Below, one piece after another: positions 28,995 to 37,089 of a DNA stretch of 43,418 nt; within the stretch, counting starts at the first letter, position 1, and every line of letters begins with the position of its first letter. The notes beneath the pieces are model-generated. The model had not been told where the DNA came from. It ran no database searches and saw only the letters and a list, made by a program, of their open reading frames with translations. The translations under genes and the position numbers were made by a program. The DNA lies in the sequence record SRR20825010_2783; one strand, written 5' to 3'.

Positions 28995-29024
28995 GGTGGG
29001 TGGCTTAGGCCGCCCGCCCTTTTT
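28995..29024 (+). terminator. Intercistronic hairpin with U-tract between TBDR and phoD
   Basis: GGTGGGTGGC-TTAG-GCCGCCCGCC followed by CTTTTT. Confidence 0.55.
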
Positions 29025-29039
29025 CCCGGAGACCCCAAC

Positions 29040-30140
29040 ATGATCACGCGCCGCACCAGCATGAAACTCATGGCTGCCACTGCAGTTACGACGGCTATGG
29101 CCCCCAATCTTTTGGCGGCGAGCACCAAAAAATCCACAACAGAAACGGGCGCAAGTGTCTCACGCATTCTGTTTGGCTCCTGCGCCAATCAAGACAAGGC
29201 CCAGCCGATCTGGGCGCCTATCAACGCACTTGAGCCAGACCTGTTTGTCTTTCTGGGTGATAATATCTACGGCGACACGCGTGACATGAGCGTTTTGGCT
29301 GCTAAATATCAGAAATTCGCCGCAGTCGAAGGTTTCAAAACGCTTCGTGACAATACGCCTGTTATCGCCACATGGGATGACCATGATTATGGCGAGAATG
29401 ATGCGGGAGTTGAGTATCCTGAAAAGGAAAAATCCAAAGAGCTGTTTCTGAACTTCTGGAATGAGCCCAAGGGTAGCGCCCGGCGCCGCGATGACGACGG
29501 CATCTACACTTCATATACCTATGGCGAAGCGGGCCAGCGCACGCAGGTGATCCTGCTTGACTTAAGGTGGAACCGCACACCACTCACCCACGTGAGCCAA
29601 GCCGCAGCCAAACGCCGCGACCAAATGGGTTTTGGCCCTTATCTGCCTACTAGGGCAGAGGGCGCTACCATGTTGGGCGAAAAACAGTGGGCGTGGCTTG
29701 AAGGTGAACTCAGGAAACCCGCTGACCTACGCATTATCGGCTCCAGCCTGCAGTTTATTTCAACCTTTCCCGGCTGGGAAGCATGGAGCCTGTTCCCCAC
29801 TGAGCGCAAACGCATGATAGACCTGATCCGCAAGACGAATGCTCAGGGTGTACTGTTCATCAGCGGTGATACTCACTGGGCGGAGATATCGCGTCAGGAC
29901 GACCAACATACGCCCTACCCCGTGTATGACTTCACCTCAAGCGGCCTGACGGAAACCTGGCACAACATAAGCCCGAACGCCTACCGGCTGCCGGGCTGTA
30001 TGTTCACCAAGGCAAACTTTGGCATCATAGAGGTGGACTGGAATGTGCCTGACCCTCATATCGTGCTGCAGGCCAGAGAGGTGACAGGGAACCCCGTGTT
30101 TGAGAAGTCTCTGCTGCTGAGCCACCTTTCCTCCCGGTGA
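29040..30140 (+). CDS. phoD: Alkaline phosphatase D family phosphoesterase, Tat-exported
   Basis: TRRTSMK Tat signal; FGSC, LGDNIYGD, WDDHD, LDLR, SGDTH motifs. Confidence 0.93.
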   Translation: MITRRTSMKLMAATAVTTAMAPNLLAASTKKSTTETGASVSRILFGSCANQDKAQPIWAPINALEPDLFVFLGDNIYGDTRDMSVLAAKYQKFAAVEGFKTLRDNTPVIATWDDHDYGENDAGVEYPEKEKSKELFLNFWNEPKGSARRRDDDGIYTSYTYGEAGQRTQVILLDLRWNRTPLTHVSQAAAKRRDQMGFGPYLPTRAEGATMLGEKQWAWLEGELRKPADLRIIGSSLQFISTFPGWEAWSLFPTERKRMIDLIRKTNAQGVLFISGDTHWAEISRQDDQHTPYPVYDFTSSGLTETWHNISPNAYRLPGCMFTKANFGIIEVDWNVPDPHIVLQAREVTGNPVFEKSLLLSHLSSR

Positions 30141-30171
30141 CGCCGGTTCAGTTGATAAACAAGCAGAGCAG

Positions 30172-30198
30172 AAGGGATCAGGTCATGCCTGATCCCTT
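30172..30198. terminator. Terminator hairpin between convergent phosphoesterase genes
   Basis: AAGGGATCAGG-TCATG-CCTGATCCCTT perfect 11-bp stem. Confidence 0.75.
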
Positions 30199-30210
30199 TC
30201 AGCATTCTGA

Positions 30211-31356
30211 TTACTGGCCGATCATGCCATCAATCGGTTCACCGGCTTTCAGGCTTTCATGGCTTCCCTCATAGTCATAGCCAAGCAATTTCGCAGCCGT
30301 CGCTGCTACTTGAGTGAGCGCAACCGGTTCACCGCCTGAAATCTCACCAAGCACAGGAGTATCCGGGCCAACAGCTGCCATCCAGATAGCGTCATCACCC
30401 TTAAAGTTGCTCACCGCTTTGGTTCCGTCCTCGCGGGTATAAGGGAAACGGCCATGATGCTTCCATGCTTCAAGGCTATCGCTGCCCCGGCCATGGTCTG
30501 TGGTGATAAGCAGGGTGGTTTTCCCTCTATAACGAGCGTCACTTTCAAGCCACGCCCATAATTCAGCAATAGCCTGATCACTGCGGTGTGCTGCATGCGC
30601 ATATTGGTCATAGTGCCCGTCATGCGCAAAATCATCTGTTTCGCCGAGAGAGATATAAACGAACTTCATCTTCTCGCTTGCGAGTGCCGCGCGCGCGAAC
30701 CCCATCGTGAAAGCATCAAGCCGCACCGTGTCCCACGGGCTTGGGATTTTTTCCTGCAGGTTATTAAGCAAGCCAACACTCTGGCCACGGCCATCATAGG
30801 CTTCAAAACCTGCATTCACCGGCACGCCAGAGCGTTCTTCATTTATAATGTAGGGAAACACGTCCCACGACCCGAAAGCAGCAACCTTGCCCGCGTTCTC
30901 CGGCATCGCATTCAACCACTCAAGGACCGTGCGGTTGGGGTTGGGAAACTTGTCATTGCTGGTAATGCGTGCGTCATCCGCAAAGCCTGTGAGGATCTCG
31001 CTATAGCCGGGGTAGGAGAAATGATAGGCGTTAGTGAGTGTGCCAACGCTGCCTTTGTCCCTGTTACCGTATAGCTGCCCGTGGGCCGCAAGCGTGTTCC
31101 AGAAAAATGGCATCAAAGCTGAACGCGAAGCCTCCGGTGCTTCAAGCCCGAACTTGGTCTTGAAGGCATCATGTGTTTTTTTGTGAGCGATATAGGCTTC
31201 CTGATCAAAGAAGGCTTTATCCGCGCCCCTGAACACTTCCTGCCACCTAAGGCCATCAATGGTAATCAGAACCACTGTTTCTGTTTTGGTAGGTGCAGCA
31301 TGGGCTGATGTCACAGCCGCAAAAATAAACATGAATGACGCCAGAAAGGTGCGCAC
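30211..31356 (-). CDS. Secreted alkaline-phosphatase-superfamily phosphoesterase
   Basis: Signal peptide from GTG 31356 (GGGAG RBS); metal and nucleophile motifs ITIDGLR, FSYPGY, GETDDFAH, TTDHGR. Confidence 0.85.
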   Translation of the reverse strand: MRTFLASFMFIFAAVTSAHAAPTKTETVVLITIDGLRWQEVFRGADKAFFDQEAYIAHKKTHDAFKTKFGLEAPEASRSALMPFFWNTLAAHGQLYGNRDKGSVGTLTNAYHFSYPGYSEILTGFADDARITSNDKFPNPNRTVLEWLNAMPENAGKVAAFGSWDVFPYIINEERSGVPVNAGFEAYDGRGQSVGLLNNLQEKIPSPWDTVRLDAFTMGFARAALASEKMKFVYISLGETDDFAHDGHYDQYAHAAHRSDQAIAELWAWLESDARYRGKTTLLITTDHGRGSDSLEAWKHHGRFPYTREDGTKAVSNFKGDDAIWMAAVGPDTPVLGEISGGEPVALTQVAATAAKLLGYDYEGSHESLKAGEPIDGMIGQ

Positions 31357-31455
31357 AGGTTTCTCCCTTGATCCAATTTCGCTACCCACCGGATAGCATA
31401 TAGCTTTCAAGCGGGACTGTGCGCCTTTCTGATGAAAGTTTTTTGGCAAAACAAA

Positions 31456-31483
31456 TTTTTATTGAACCCTTGTTCAGCAAAAA
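31456..31483. promoter_or_regulatory. Second putative BetI operator
   Basis: TTTTTATTGAACCCTTGTTCAGCAAAAA, 23/28 identical to the site at 26580-26607; 100 bp upstream of the phosphoesterase start. Confidence 0.62.
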
Positions 31484-31486
31484 TCT

Positions 31487-32278
31487 TCAAACCGACAGCG
31501 CCTTGCGGGTGGCGTCATTGGCGGGAAAGAAGGACTCGATGGCTATCTCGGATAGCGTCACATCGACGGGTGTGCCAAAAACGGTCGTGGTAGAAAAGAA
31601 AGACAGCTTGCCATCTGGCACTAGAAATTCGAACGGCACAAATACGTCACCGTAACCTTCATCTGGCGCGTTCAGGTCGCTATCCGGGCATGGGTATGAC
31701 TTCAACTCATCCATAAGGTCTATCAGCACTTCGTCGGCTGTAACATTGATCTGGTGGCGAAGTCGCTCAAGCAGATGTTTCTTCCATTGGGGTAAATTTA
31801 CGATCTGTGGCGCGAGCCCACCGGGGTGCAGCGACAAGCGTAATACGTTAATGGATTGCGCCAGCAAACTCTGTTCTGTCACACCCGCCAGCATGGCCGG
31901 TACCGCGGCATTTGCCGCCAACATGTTCCAGTGCCGATCGATCGCGATTGCCGGGTAAGGCTCATGCCCCTTCAGCAAAAGATCGATCGCCGCGCGCGCC
32001 GCCGTGAGCGACGGGTCATCAAGATCGCGTGCCAGATATAAGGGAGCATATCCAGCAGCCAGAAGAAGGGTATTTCTCTCCCTCAGCGGCACGTCAAGGC
32101 ACTCTGTCAGGTGAATGACCATGTCACGGCTAGGCGTCGACCTGCCGGTTTCAATAAAACTCAAATGCTTTTGCGAAATTTCAGCCTCCAGGGAAAAATC
32201 CAGTTGGCTCATACGGCGCCTGTTGCGCCATTCTTTCAGTTGCCCGCCAAAGACCTGTGCACTTCTCTCAGTCGTCAT
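31487..32278 (-). CDS. XRE-HTH / MmyB-like transcriptional regulator
   Basis: LKEWRNRRRMSQLDF..HLSFIETGRS.PSR HTH; HEPYPA..DRHWN; LSFFSTTTVFGTPVDVTLSE.AIE.FFPA. Confidence 0.92.
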   Translation of the reverse strand: MTTERSAQVFGGQLKEWRNRRRMSQLDFSLEAEISQKHLSFIETGRSTPSRDMVIHLTECLDVPLRERNTLLLAAGYAPLYLARDLDDPSLTAARAAIDLLLKGHEPYPAIAIDRHWNMLAANAAVPAMLAGVTEQSLLAQSINVLRLSLHPGGLAPQIVNLPQWKKHLLERLRHQINVTADEVLIDLMDELKSYPCPDSDLNAPDEGYGDVFVPFEFLVPDGKLSFFSTTTVFGTPVDVTLSEIAIESFFPANDATRKALSV

Positions 32279-32349
32279 GTTGGTTATCCTCGCTTGTGTG
32301 ACCCGGTTGCTACCGTCATCCGGTTTTATCGCTGAAAAAAGTTGAGTTC

Positions 32350-32368
32350 AATTACCTCTGAGTTAATT
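32350..32368. promoter_or_regulatory. Inverted repeat, probable site for the MmyB-like regulator
   Basis: AATTACCT-CTG-AGTTAATT in the divergent intergenic region. Confidence 0.6.
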
Positions 32369-32450
32369 GGCAAGCCGCTCGTGATCGCTGATCCTGACAT
32401 TAGACAACAACTGGAACTCGATCACATTACCCCAACCAATGGAGGTTACC

Positions 32451-32867
32451 ATGAGCAAGACAGCACAAACATTTCCACTTCTGAAATATGCGTTGATTGG
32501 CGACGCAATCGCGAGCGGCGGCACCGGCCTTCTGATGGCAGCAGGCGCAGGGTTCCTAGGCGACCTGCTTGGCCTGTCAGTGTCCCTTCTTACCTATGCG
32601 GGGCTTTTCCTTCTGCCCTACGCGGCGGCGGTCGCCTTTGTCGGCACCCGCAAGGCAATTAACCGCCGCGCGGTATGGCCTATCGTTATCCTTAACCTGT
32701 TGTGGGTTGTCGATAGCTTCGTGCTGCTGGCGAGCCTGGAGCCTGCACCAACGATCTTTGGCGTGGTGTTTGTCGCCTTTCAGGCCGTCGTGGTGCTCGC
32801 TTTCGCGGTCGCTCAGGCAATAGGCCTGCGGCAGCAAAAAAACAGTGCGGAATTCATGACCGCATAA
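32451..32867 (+). CDS. Small integral membrane protein (about 4 TM)
   Basis: GGAGG RBS; LKYALIGDAIASG..NLLWVVDS; divergent from the MmyB-like regulator. Confidence 0.8.
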   Translation: MSKTAQTFPLLKYALIGDAIASGGTGLLMAAGAGFLGDLLGLSVSLLTYAGLFLLPYAAAVAFVGTRKAINRRAVWPIVILNLLWVVDSFVLLASLEPAPTIFGVVFVAFQAVVVLAFAVAQAIGLRQQKNSAEFMTA

Positions 32868-32895
32868 AAACTCTCCCCTTTCCCCAACCTCAACC

Positions 32896-32928
32896 TCCCT
32901 GCCGCCTTGCGTCGGCGGGGATTTTTTT
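32896..32928 (+). terminator. Intrinsic terminator
   Basis: TCCCTGCCG/CGGCGGGGA stem followed by T7. Confidence 0.75.
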
Positions 32929-32984
32929 GATTGTCATAGTCGGCGAAATAAACTCAGCAGTACCATAAAGTAATGTGTCACCTG

Positions 32985-33012
32985 TGTCGGTAAGCAGTGG
33001 GCGTGATCGTTC
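32985..33012 (+). promoter_or_regulatory. Putative ECF42 promoter 1
   Basis: TGTCGG-N17-CGTTC upstream of the YciI-sigma operon. Confidence 0.65.
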
Positions 33013-33038
33013 TTATAAACAGGAAGGAAGCAGAACAG

Positions 33039-33410
33039 ATGCAATATGCCATCCTTTGTTACAATGATGAGGCGGCGATCAGCGGCTGGAGCCAGGAAGA
33101 GGAGGATGCCTGTATGCACCGCCTTGAAGTGGTACAGGCTGGCTTGCGCGAGGCTGGTCGCCTTGGGCCAGTTGTGCGGCTCATGCCTACCTCGGCGGCA
33201 ACAACGCTGCGTAAAGATCAAGACCCTCCGCTCGTGATTGACGGCCCATTTGCGGAGACCAAAGAGCAGTTACTTGGCTTCTACATTGTTGATTGTGCAT
33301 CACCAGAGGAGGCCTTGGCAGTCGCAAAGGATCTTGGGCGCGCGAACCCCGGAGGAGCCTTTGAAATACGCCCCCTCCTAAGCTTGAAACCCGGAGACAT
33401 GAGAAAGTGA
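33039..33410 (+). CDS. YciI/DGPF-family protein
   Basis: IDGPFAETKEQLLGFY..EIRP signature. Confidence 0.93.
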   Translation: MQYAILCYNDEAAISGWSQEEEDACMHRLEVVQAGLREAGRLGPVVRLMPTSAATTLRKDQDPPLVIDGPFAETKEQLLGFYIVDCASPEEALAVAKDLGRANPGGAFEIRPLLSLKPGDMRK

Positions 33411-34645
33411 ACGAAATCGACTGGATCGAGAAATCCCTGAAAGCGGCGCGGCCAAAAGCGGTTGCAGCCCTTCTCAGGTATTTTCGCGATCTGGACACCG
33501 CAGAGGAAGCCTTTCAGGAAGCCTGCCTGCGTGCGCTCAGCAAATGGCCGATGAACGGACCACCAAAGGACCCAGCAGCCTGGTTGATATTCGTCGGTCG
33601 CAACGCAGCACTCGACAGTATTCGTAAAAGCAGCAAACTGCAGGCACTGCCGGACGAAGCCCTGATATCTGACCTGAGCGACATTGAAACACCGGTGGCA
33701 GACAGGCTGGACAATGCCCACTTCAGGGACGATATTCTTCGCCTTCTGTTTATCTGCTGCCACCCGGACCTACCCAATACGCAACAGATAGCGCTTGCAC
33801 TCCGGGTCGTTTCCGGACTTAGCGTGGCTCAGATCGCAAAAGCGTTTCTGGTTGGCGAACGAGCGATGGAGCAACGGATTACCCGCGCGAAACGTAAAAT
33901 CAAAGAGGCAGAAGTCGATTTTGAAACGCCAGACACCGCTGCCCGTGACACCCGACTGAATACCGTGTCTGCCATGATATATCTTGTATTCAACGAAGGA
34001 TATACAGCCGCTGGCGACACGCGCACGCCCAAGCTCCCGCTTTGCGAGGAAGCTATCCGCCTTGGCGCGCTGCTTTGCGATCTTTTCCCTAACGCGGCGG
34101 AAATTGCAGGCCTACAGGCGCTGATGTTATTACAATATTCAAGGACCGCGGCGCGTTTTTCTGCAGACGGCGAGATCATCCTGCTTGAAGACCAGGACCG
34201 GAAACTCTGGAACAAGGATATGATTGAGGCCGGTCTCACCCGCCTTGACGAGGCAATGGCCCGGCGGCAACCCGGTCCGCACCAAATCCAGGCAGCCATC
34301 GCGGCACTGCATACCCGCGCCCCTAAAGCCACGGACACAGATTGGGCAGGTGTCGTTCAGCTATATGAAGCGCTGGAACGCATGACCCCTTCGCCCGTGA
34401 TAACGCTCAATAAAGCCGTCGCCGTTTCAAAAGCTGAAAACGTGGCGGTCGCACTTGAGCTGATCGAACCGCTAGAGCGTCATCTGGCCGGTTATTTCTA
34501 TTTCCATGGCGTGCGGGGTCATTTCCTCGCCTCCCTCGGCAGAGAAGACGAAGCGCGCCTTGCGTACAATGAGGCCATATCGCTTGCACAAACCGCAACC
34601 GAGGCTGCTCACATTCGTCACCAACTTGATAATTTATCAAAATAA
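33407..34645 (+). CDS. ECF sigma factor with C-terminal TPR-like extension (ECF42 type)
   Basis: AEEAFQEA region 2, DDILRLLFICCHP, QRITRAK, YLVFNEGY, LEDQDR, QAAIAALH; adjacent to DGPF genes. Confidence 0.92.
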   Translation: MNEIDWIEKSLKAARPKAVAALLRYFRDLDTAEEAFQEACLRALSKWPMNGPPKDPAAWLIFVGRNAALDSIRKSSKLQALPDEALISDLSDIETPVADRLDNAHFRDDILRLLFICCHPDLPNTQQIALALRVVSGLSVAQIAKAFLVGERAMEQRITRAKRKIKEAEVDFETPDTAARDTRLNTVSAMIYLVFNEGYTAAGDTRTPKLPLCEEAIRLGALLCDLFPNAAEIAGLQALMLLQYSRTAARFSADGEIILLEDQDRKLWNKDMIEAGLTRLDEAMARRQPGPHQIQAAIAALHTRAPKATDTDWAGVVQLYEALERMTPSPVITLNKAVAVSKAENVAVALELIEPLERHLAGYFYFHGVRGHFLASLGREDEARLAYNEAISLAQTATEAAHIRHQLDNLSK

Positions 34646-34697
34646 ATCAATATCTTAGAAAAAAACCATTCTCCTTTTTCAAAATAATTTCTTCCTG

Positions 34698-34724
34698 TGT
34701 CGGGAAGCTCTGCGCCTACACGTC
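34698..34724 (+). promoter_or_regulatory. Putative ECF42 promoter 2
   Basis: TGTCGG-N17-CGTC upstream of the second YciI gene; shares CCTGTGTCGGnAAGC with promoter 1. Confidence 0.68.
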
Positions 34725-34779
34725 CTATGGGCAACACCGAGTAACACAACAGCGAACTTGAAACTTAAGGAGAAACAAA

Positions 34780-35205
34780 ATGCGTGTGATGATTCTTATC
34801 AAGGCCGACAAGAATACTGAGGCCGGTGTTCCGCCAACAGAGCAACTGCTTACCGATATGATGCATTTCAATGAAGAACTGGTGAACGCGGGCGTTATGC
34901 AAGCGGGTGATGGCCTTATGCCAACTTCGCAAGGGGCGCGGGTCCACTTCACCACGGAAGGGCGCACCGTCGAAACCGGGCCGTTCCCTGAACTCGGGCA
35001 GCTAATCTGCGGTTTCTGGCTCTGGAAAGTAGACTCGCTCGAAGACGCTATTTCATGGGTTAAAAAGTGCCCTATGCCCCTGGATGATCGGGCGGAGCTG
35101 GAAATTCGGCCGCTCTATGAGATAGAAGACCTTGGCGAAGCTGCCACACCTGAATTGGTTGAGAAGAACGATGAGCTGCGCCGGAGAACACAAAGCGCCG
35201 CATAA
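34780..35205 (+). CDS. YciI/DGPF-family protein
   Basis: FNEELVNAGV..GDGL.PTSQG..GPF.E..GFWLW..EIRP; AAGGAG RBS. Confidence 0.92.
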   Translation: MRVMILIKADKNTEAGVPPTEQLLTDMMHFNEELVNAGVMQAGDGLMPTSQGARVHFTTEGRTVETGPFPELGQLICGFWLWKVDSLEDAISWVKKCPMPLDDRAELEIRPLYEIEDLGEAATPELVEKNDELRRRTQSAA

Positions 35206-35231
35206 ACAAGCGTCACGGTAGCGAGAATTGA

Positions 35232-35265
35232 TAACACCGGGCCCGGAAATCCGAACCCGGTGTTA
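35232..35265. terminator. Hairpin between convergent genes
   Basis: TAACACCGGG...CCCGGTGTTA 10-bp arms plus an inner CGG/CCG stem. Confidence 0.65.
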
Positions 35266-35293
35266 ATATGCTGGTGTGGTATGTTCGTCCAAC

Positions 35294-36229
35294 CTAGCCT
35301 CTCGCAAATGCAAGCAGGTCGGTTTTGAACTGAGCTCTGTGTGTTATGGGAAGCCCGTGGGGTGCGCCTTCGTAAACCTTGACCTGAGTACCGGACACGA
35401 GTTTGCCAATTCGCGCTCCCGAAAGTGCAAAGGGCGTGGAAGCGTCTTTATCGCCGTGAACTATAAGTGTTGGTAAATCAAGCTTCTTCAATTCTTCCCT
35501 TAGATCAGCCCGGATCATTGTATCGTAACATGCCAGCAGCGCAGGCAGTGACGTTTGCAGCATCAGCTCACGCCCCCATTCCTGCATCTCCAAGCTCGCC
35601 GCGTTGAGCCAGAATGCGGCTTCTCCCTCCTTAAGCCACTTGGGGAAGTCTTGTGCCATCAAGGCTTTGGCCCCTTCAAGCATTGCGCCCGGCACCCCTA
35701 CTGTATTGTCGCCACCGAGCATCAGGCAGGGTGCCGTGCTTGAGAGGAATACGATACGGCTGATGCGCGCGTTCCCGTGTTTCGTCAGATACCGCACAGC
35801 CTCCCCGCCAGACATAGAATAGGCCACCAGAGTGACATCTGTTAAATCGAGCATCTCCAGAACAGCCGCAAGGTCCTCAGCCAAGGTATCATAGTCATAC
35901 CCTGTGCCAGGATCATCTGACCGGCCGTGACCGCGCCGATCATAGGCAACGCAGCGCATCCCCTCGTCCAACAGGTCAATAAAATTATAGTGCCAGAAGT
36001 CCAGCGGCAGCCCCCATCCTGTAAGAAACACAATCGGTTTCCCTACACCCCAGTCCCGTACCCGCAAGGTAACACCATCTGATGTTACAATCTGACTCTT
36101 ACGCCCTGTGTGTGCTGCTGTCGTCTCTGCCGTGCTGTGCGCCTGTGCGCCCACCCCGGTTGCAAGTGTTCCCAGCGCCACGGCGCCTGTTGCTGCTGCA
36201 CCTATCGAGAAGAAATCACGTCTACGCAT
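35294..36229 (-). CDS. Alpha/beta hydrolase (non-heme chloroperoxidase/arylesterase-like) with Tat signal
   Basis: MRRRDFF after GGAGG RBS; YDRRGHGRS, AYSMSGGE nucleophile, HGDKD, GAPHG. Confidence 0.88.
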   Translation of the reverse strand: MRRRDFFSIGAAATGAVALGTLATGVGAQAHSTAETTAAHTGRKSQIVTSDGVTLRVRDWGVGKPIVFLTGWGLPLDFWHYNFIDLLDEGMRCVAYDRRGHGRSDDPGTGYDYDTLAEDLAAVLEMLDLTDVTLVAYSMSGGEAVRYLTKHGNARISRIVFLSSTAPCLMLGGDNTVGVPGAMLEGAKALMAQDFPKWLKEGEAAFWLNAASLEMQEWGRELMLQTSLPALLACYDTMIRADLREELKKLDLPTLIVHGDKDASTPFALSGARIGKLVSGTQVKVYEGAPHGLPITHRAQFKTDLLAFARG

Positions 36230-36334
36230 TTGAACCTCCATCCTGACCGGGAAAGCCATCCCTCCCTTACCCTCATCAATCCCCCAAACCTGAGGGCACA
36301 GCAACTACCCGAAAGGTAATGAAGCTGACGTTAT

Positions 36335-36805
36335 TCAGGCCCGGTCTATGCGCGCCAGATAACAACCCCGGCCCGCCGTATGTGCATGAATATAAGAAAC
36401 GCCGATGTCAGATAGCAGCGCATCAAGCGCATCGGCAGTTTCTGCCCCCGCTACCACACATGCATCAACCATCATGTGAGTGTCGTCATATGCGCGGAGC
36501 GAGATGAGCTGGCGAATACTCAGTATCTCAGGCACCTGACCCGGTTCAAAGGTTTGGCTTTGCGCACCGTCTGCCACAAAAATGGCGTGCCGGGAGTTAT
36601 AGGGCGTCGGCACATCCAGATGTGCATAATTTAAAAGAATGACCCGTGTGCCCGGCTCAACATCCTTCAATAACACCCGACACGGAAAGCCCGGGTGGCT
36701 ATCAGCAACATAAGCTCGCGCATCAAGCGCCTGAAGCTCCTCATCGCTTTTACCAAACAAATAGCCAAACTGTGCCGCATCCAAACCGGAAACAATAAAA
36801 CTCAT
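36335..36805 (-). CDS. DUF1203 family protein
   Basis: GFPCR..L.D, PY.SRHAIF, SLRAYD, YIHAH...GCY signature. Confidence 0.88.
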   Translation of the reverse strand: MSFIVSGLDAAQFGYLFGKSDEELQALDARAYVADSHPGFPCRVLLKDVEPGTRVILLNYAHLDVPTPYNSRHAIFVADGAQSQTFEPGQVPEILSIRQLISLRAYDDTHMMVDACVVAGAETADALDALLSDIGVSYIHAHTAGRGCYLARIDRA

Positions 36806-36960
36806 AATACGCCCTCATGTGTGTTGATTATCCTGAGATGAGGTATGCCCGGCCGTTCTCATCGGCACACTCCGGTCCTTGCGCCTGAATTTTTCAAGCG
36901 CGGAATATTGCACAAGGCTTTCACGAAACCCCACGGTCTTGTCCTGCTGTTGGCCGGCGC

Positions 36961-37009
36961 TTGACATCGCTATAGGCCAGTGCCATGGTTTACATGTAAT
37001 CGGTTACAT
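36961..37009 (+). promoter_or_regulatory. Sigma70-like promoter with downstream LacI-type operator
   Basis: TTGACA (36961-66), N17, CATGGT, then near-palindrome ATGTAATCGGTTACAT (36994-37009). Confidence 0.65.
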
Positions 37010-37089
37010 TTAAGTGCGTTTTGAGTAATGGGAAGGAAGAGGCAACCTCCTATTCAGGGTGTGTTGCCGGGTATACTGGGGAGGACTAG

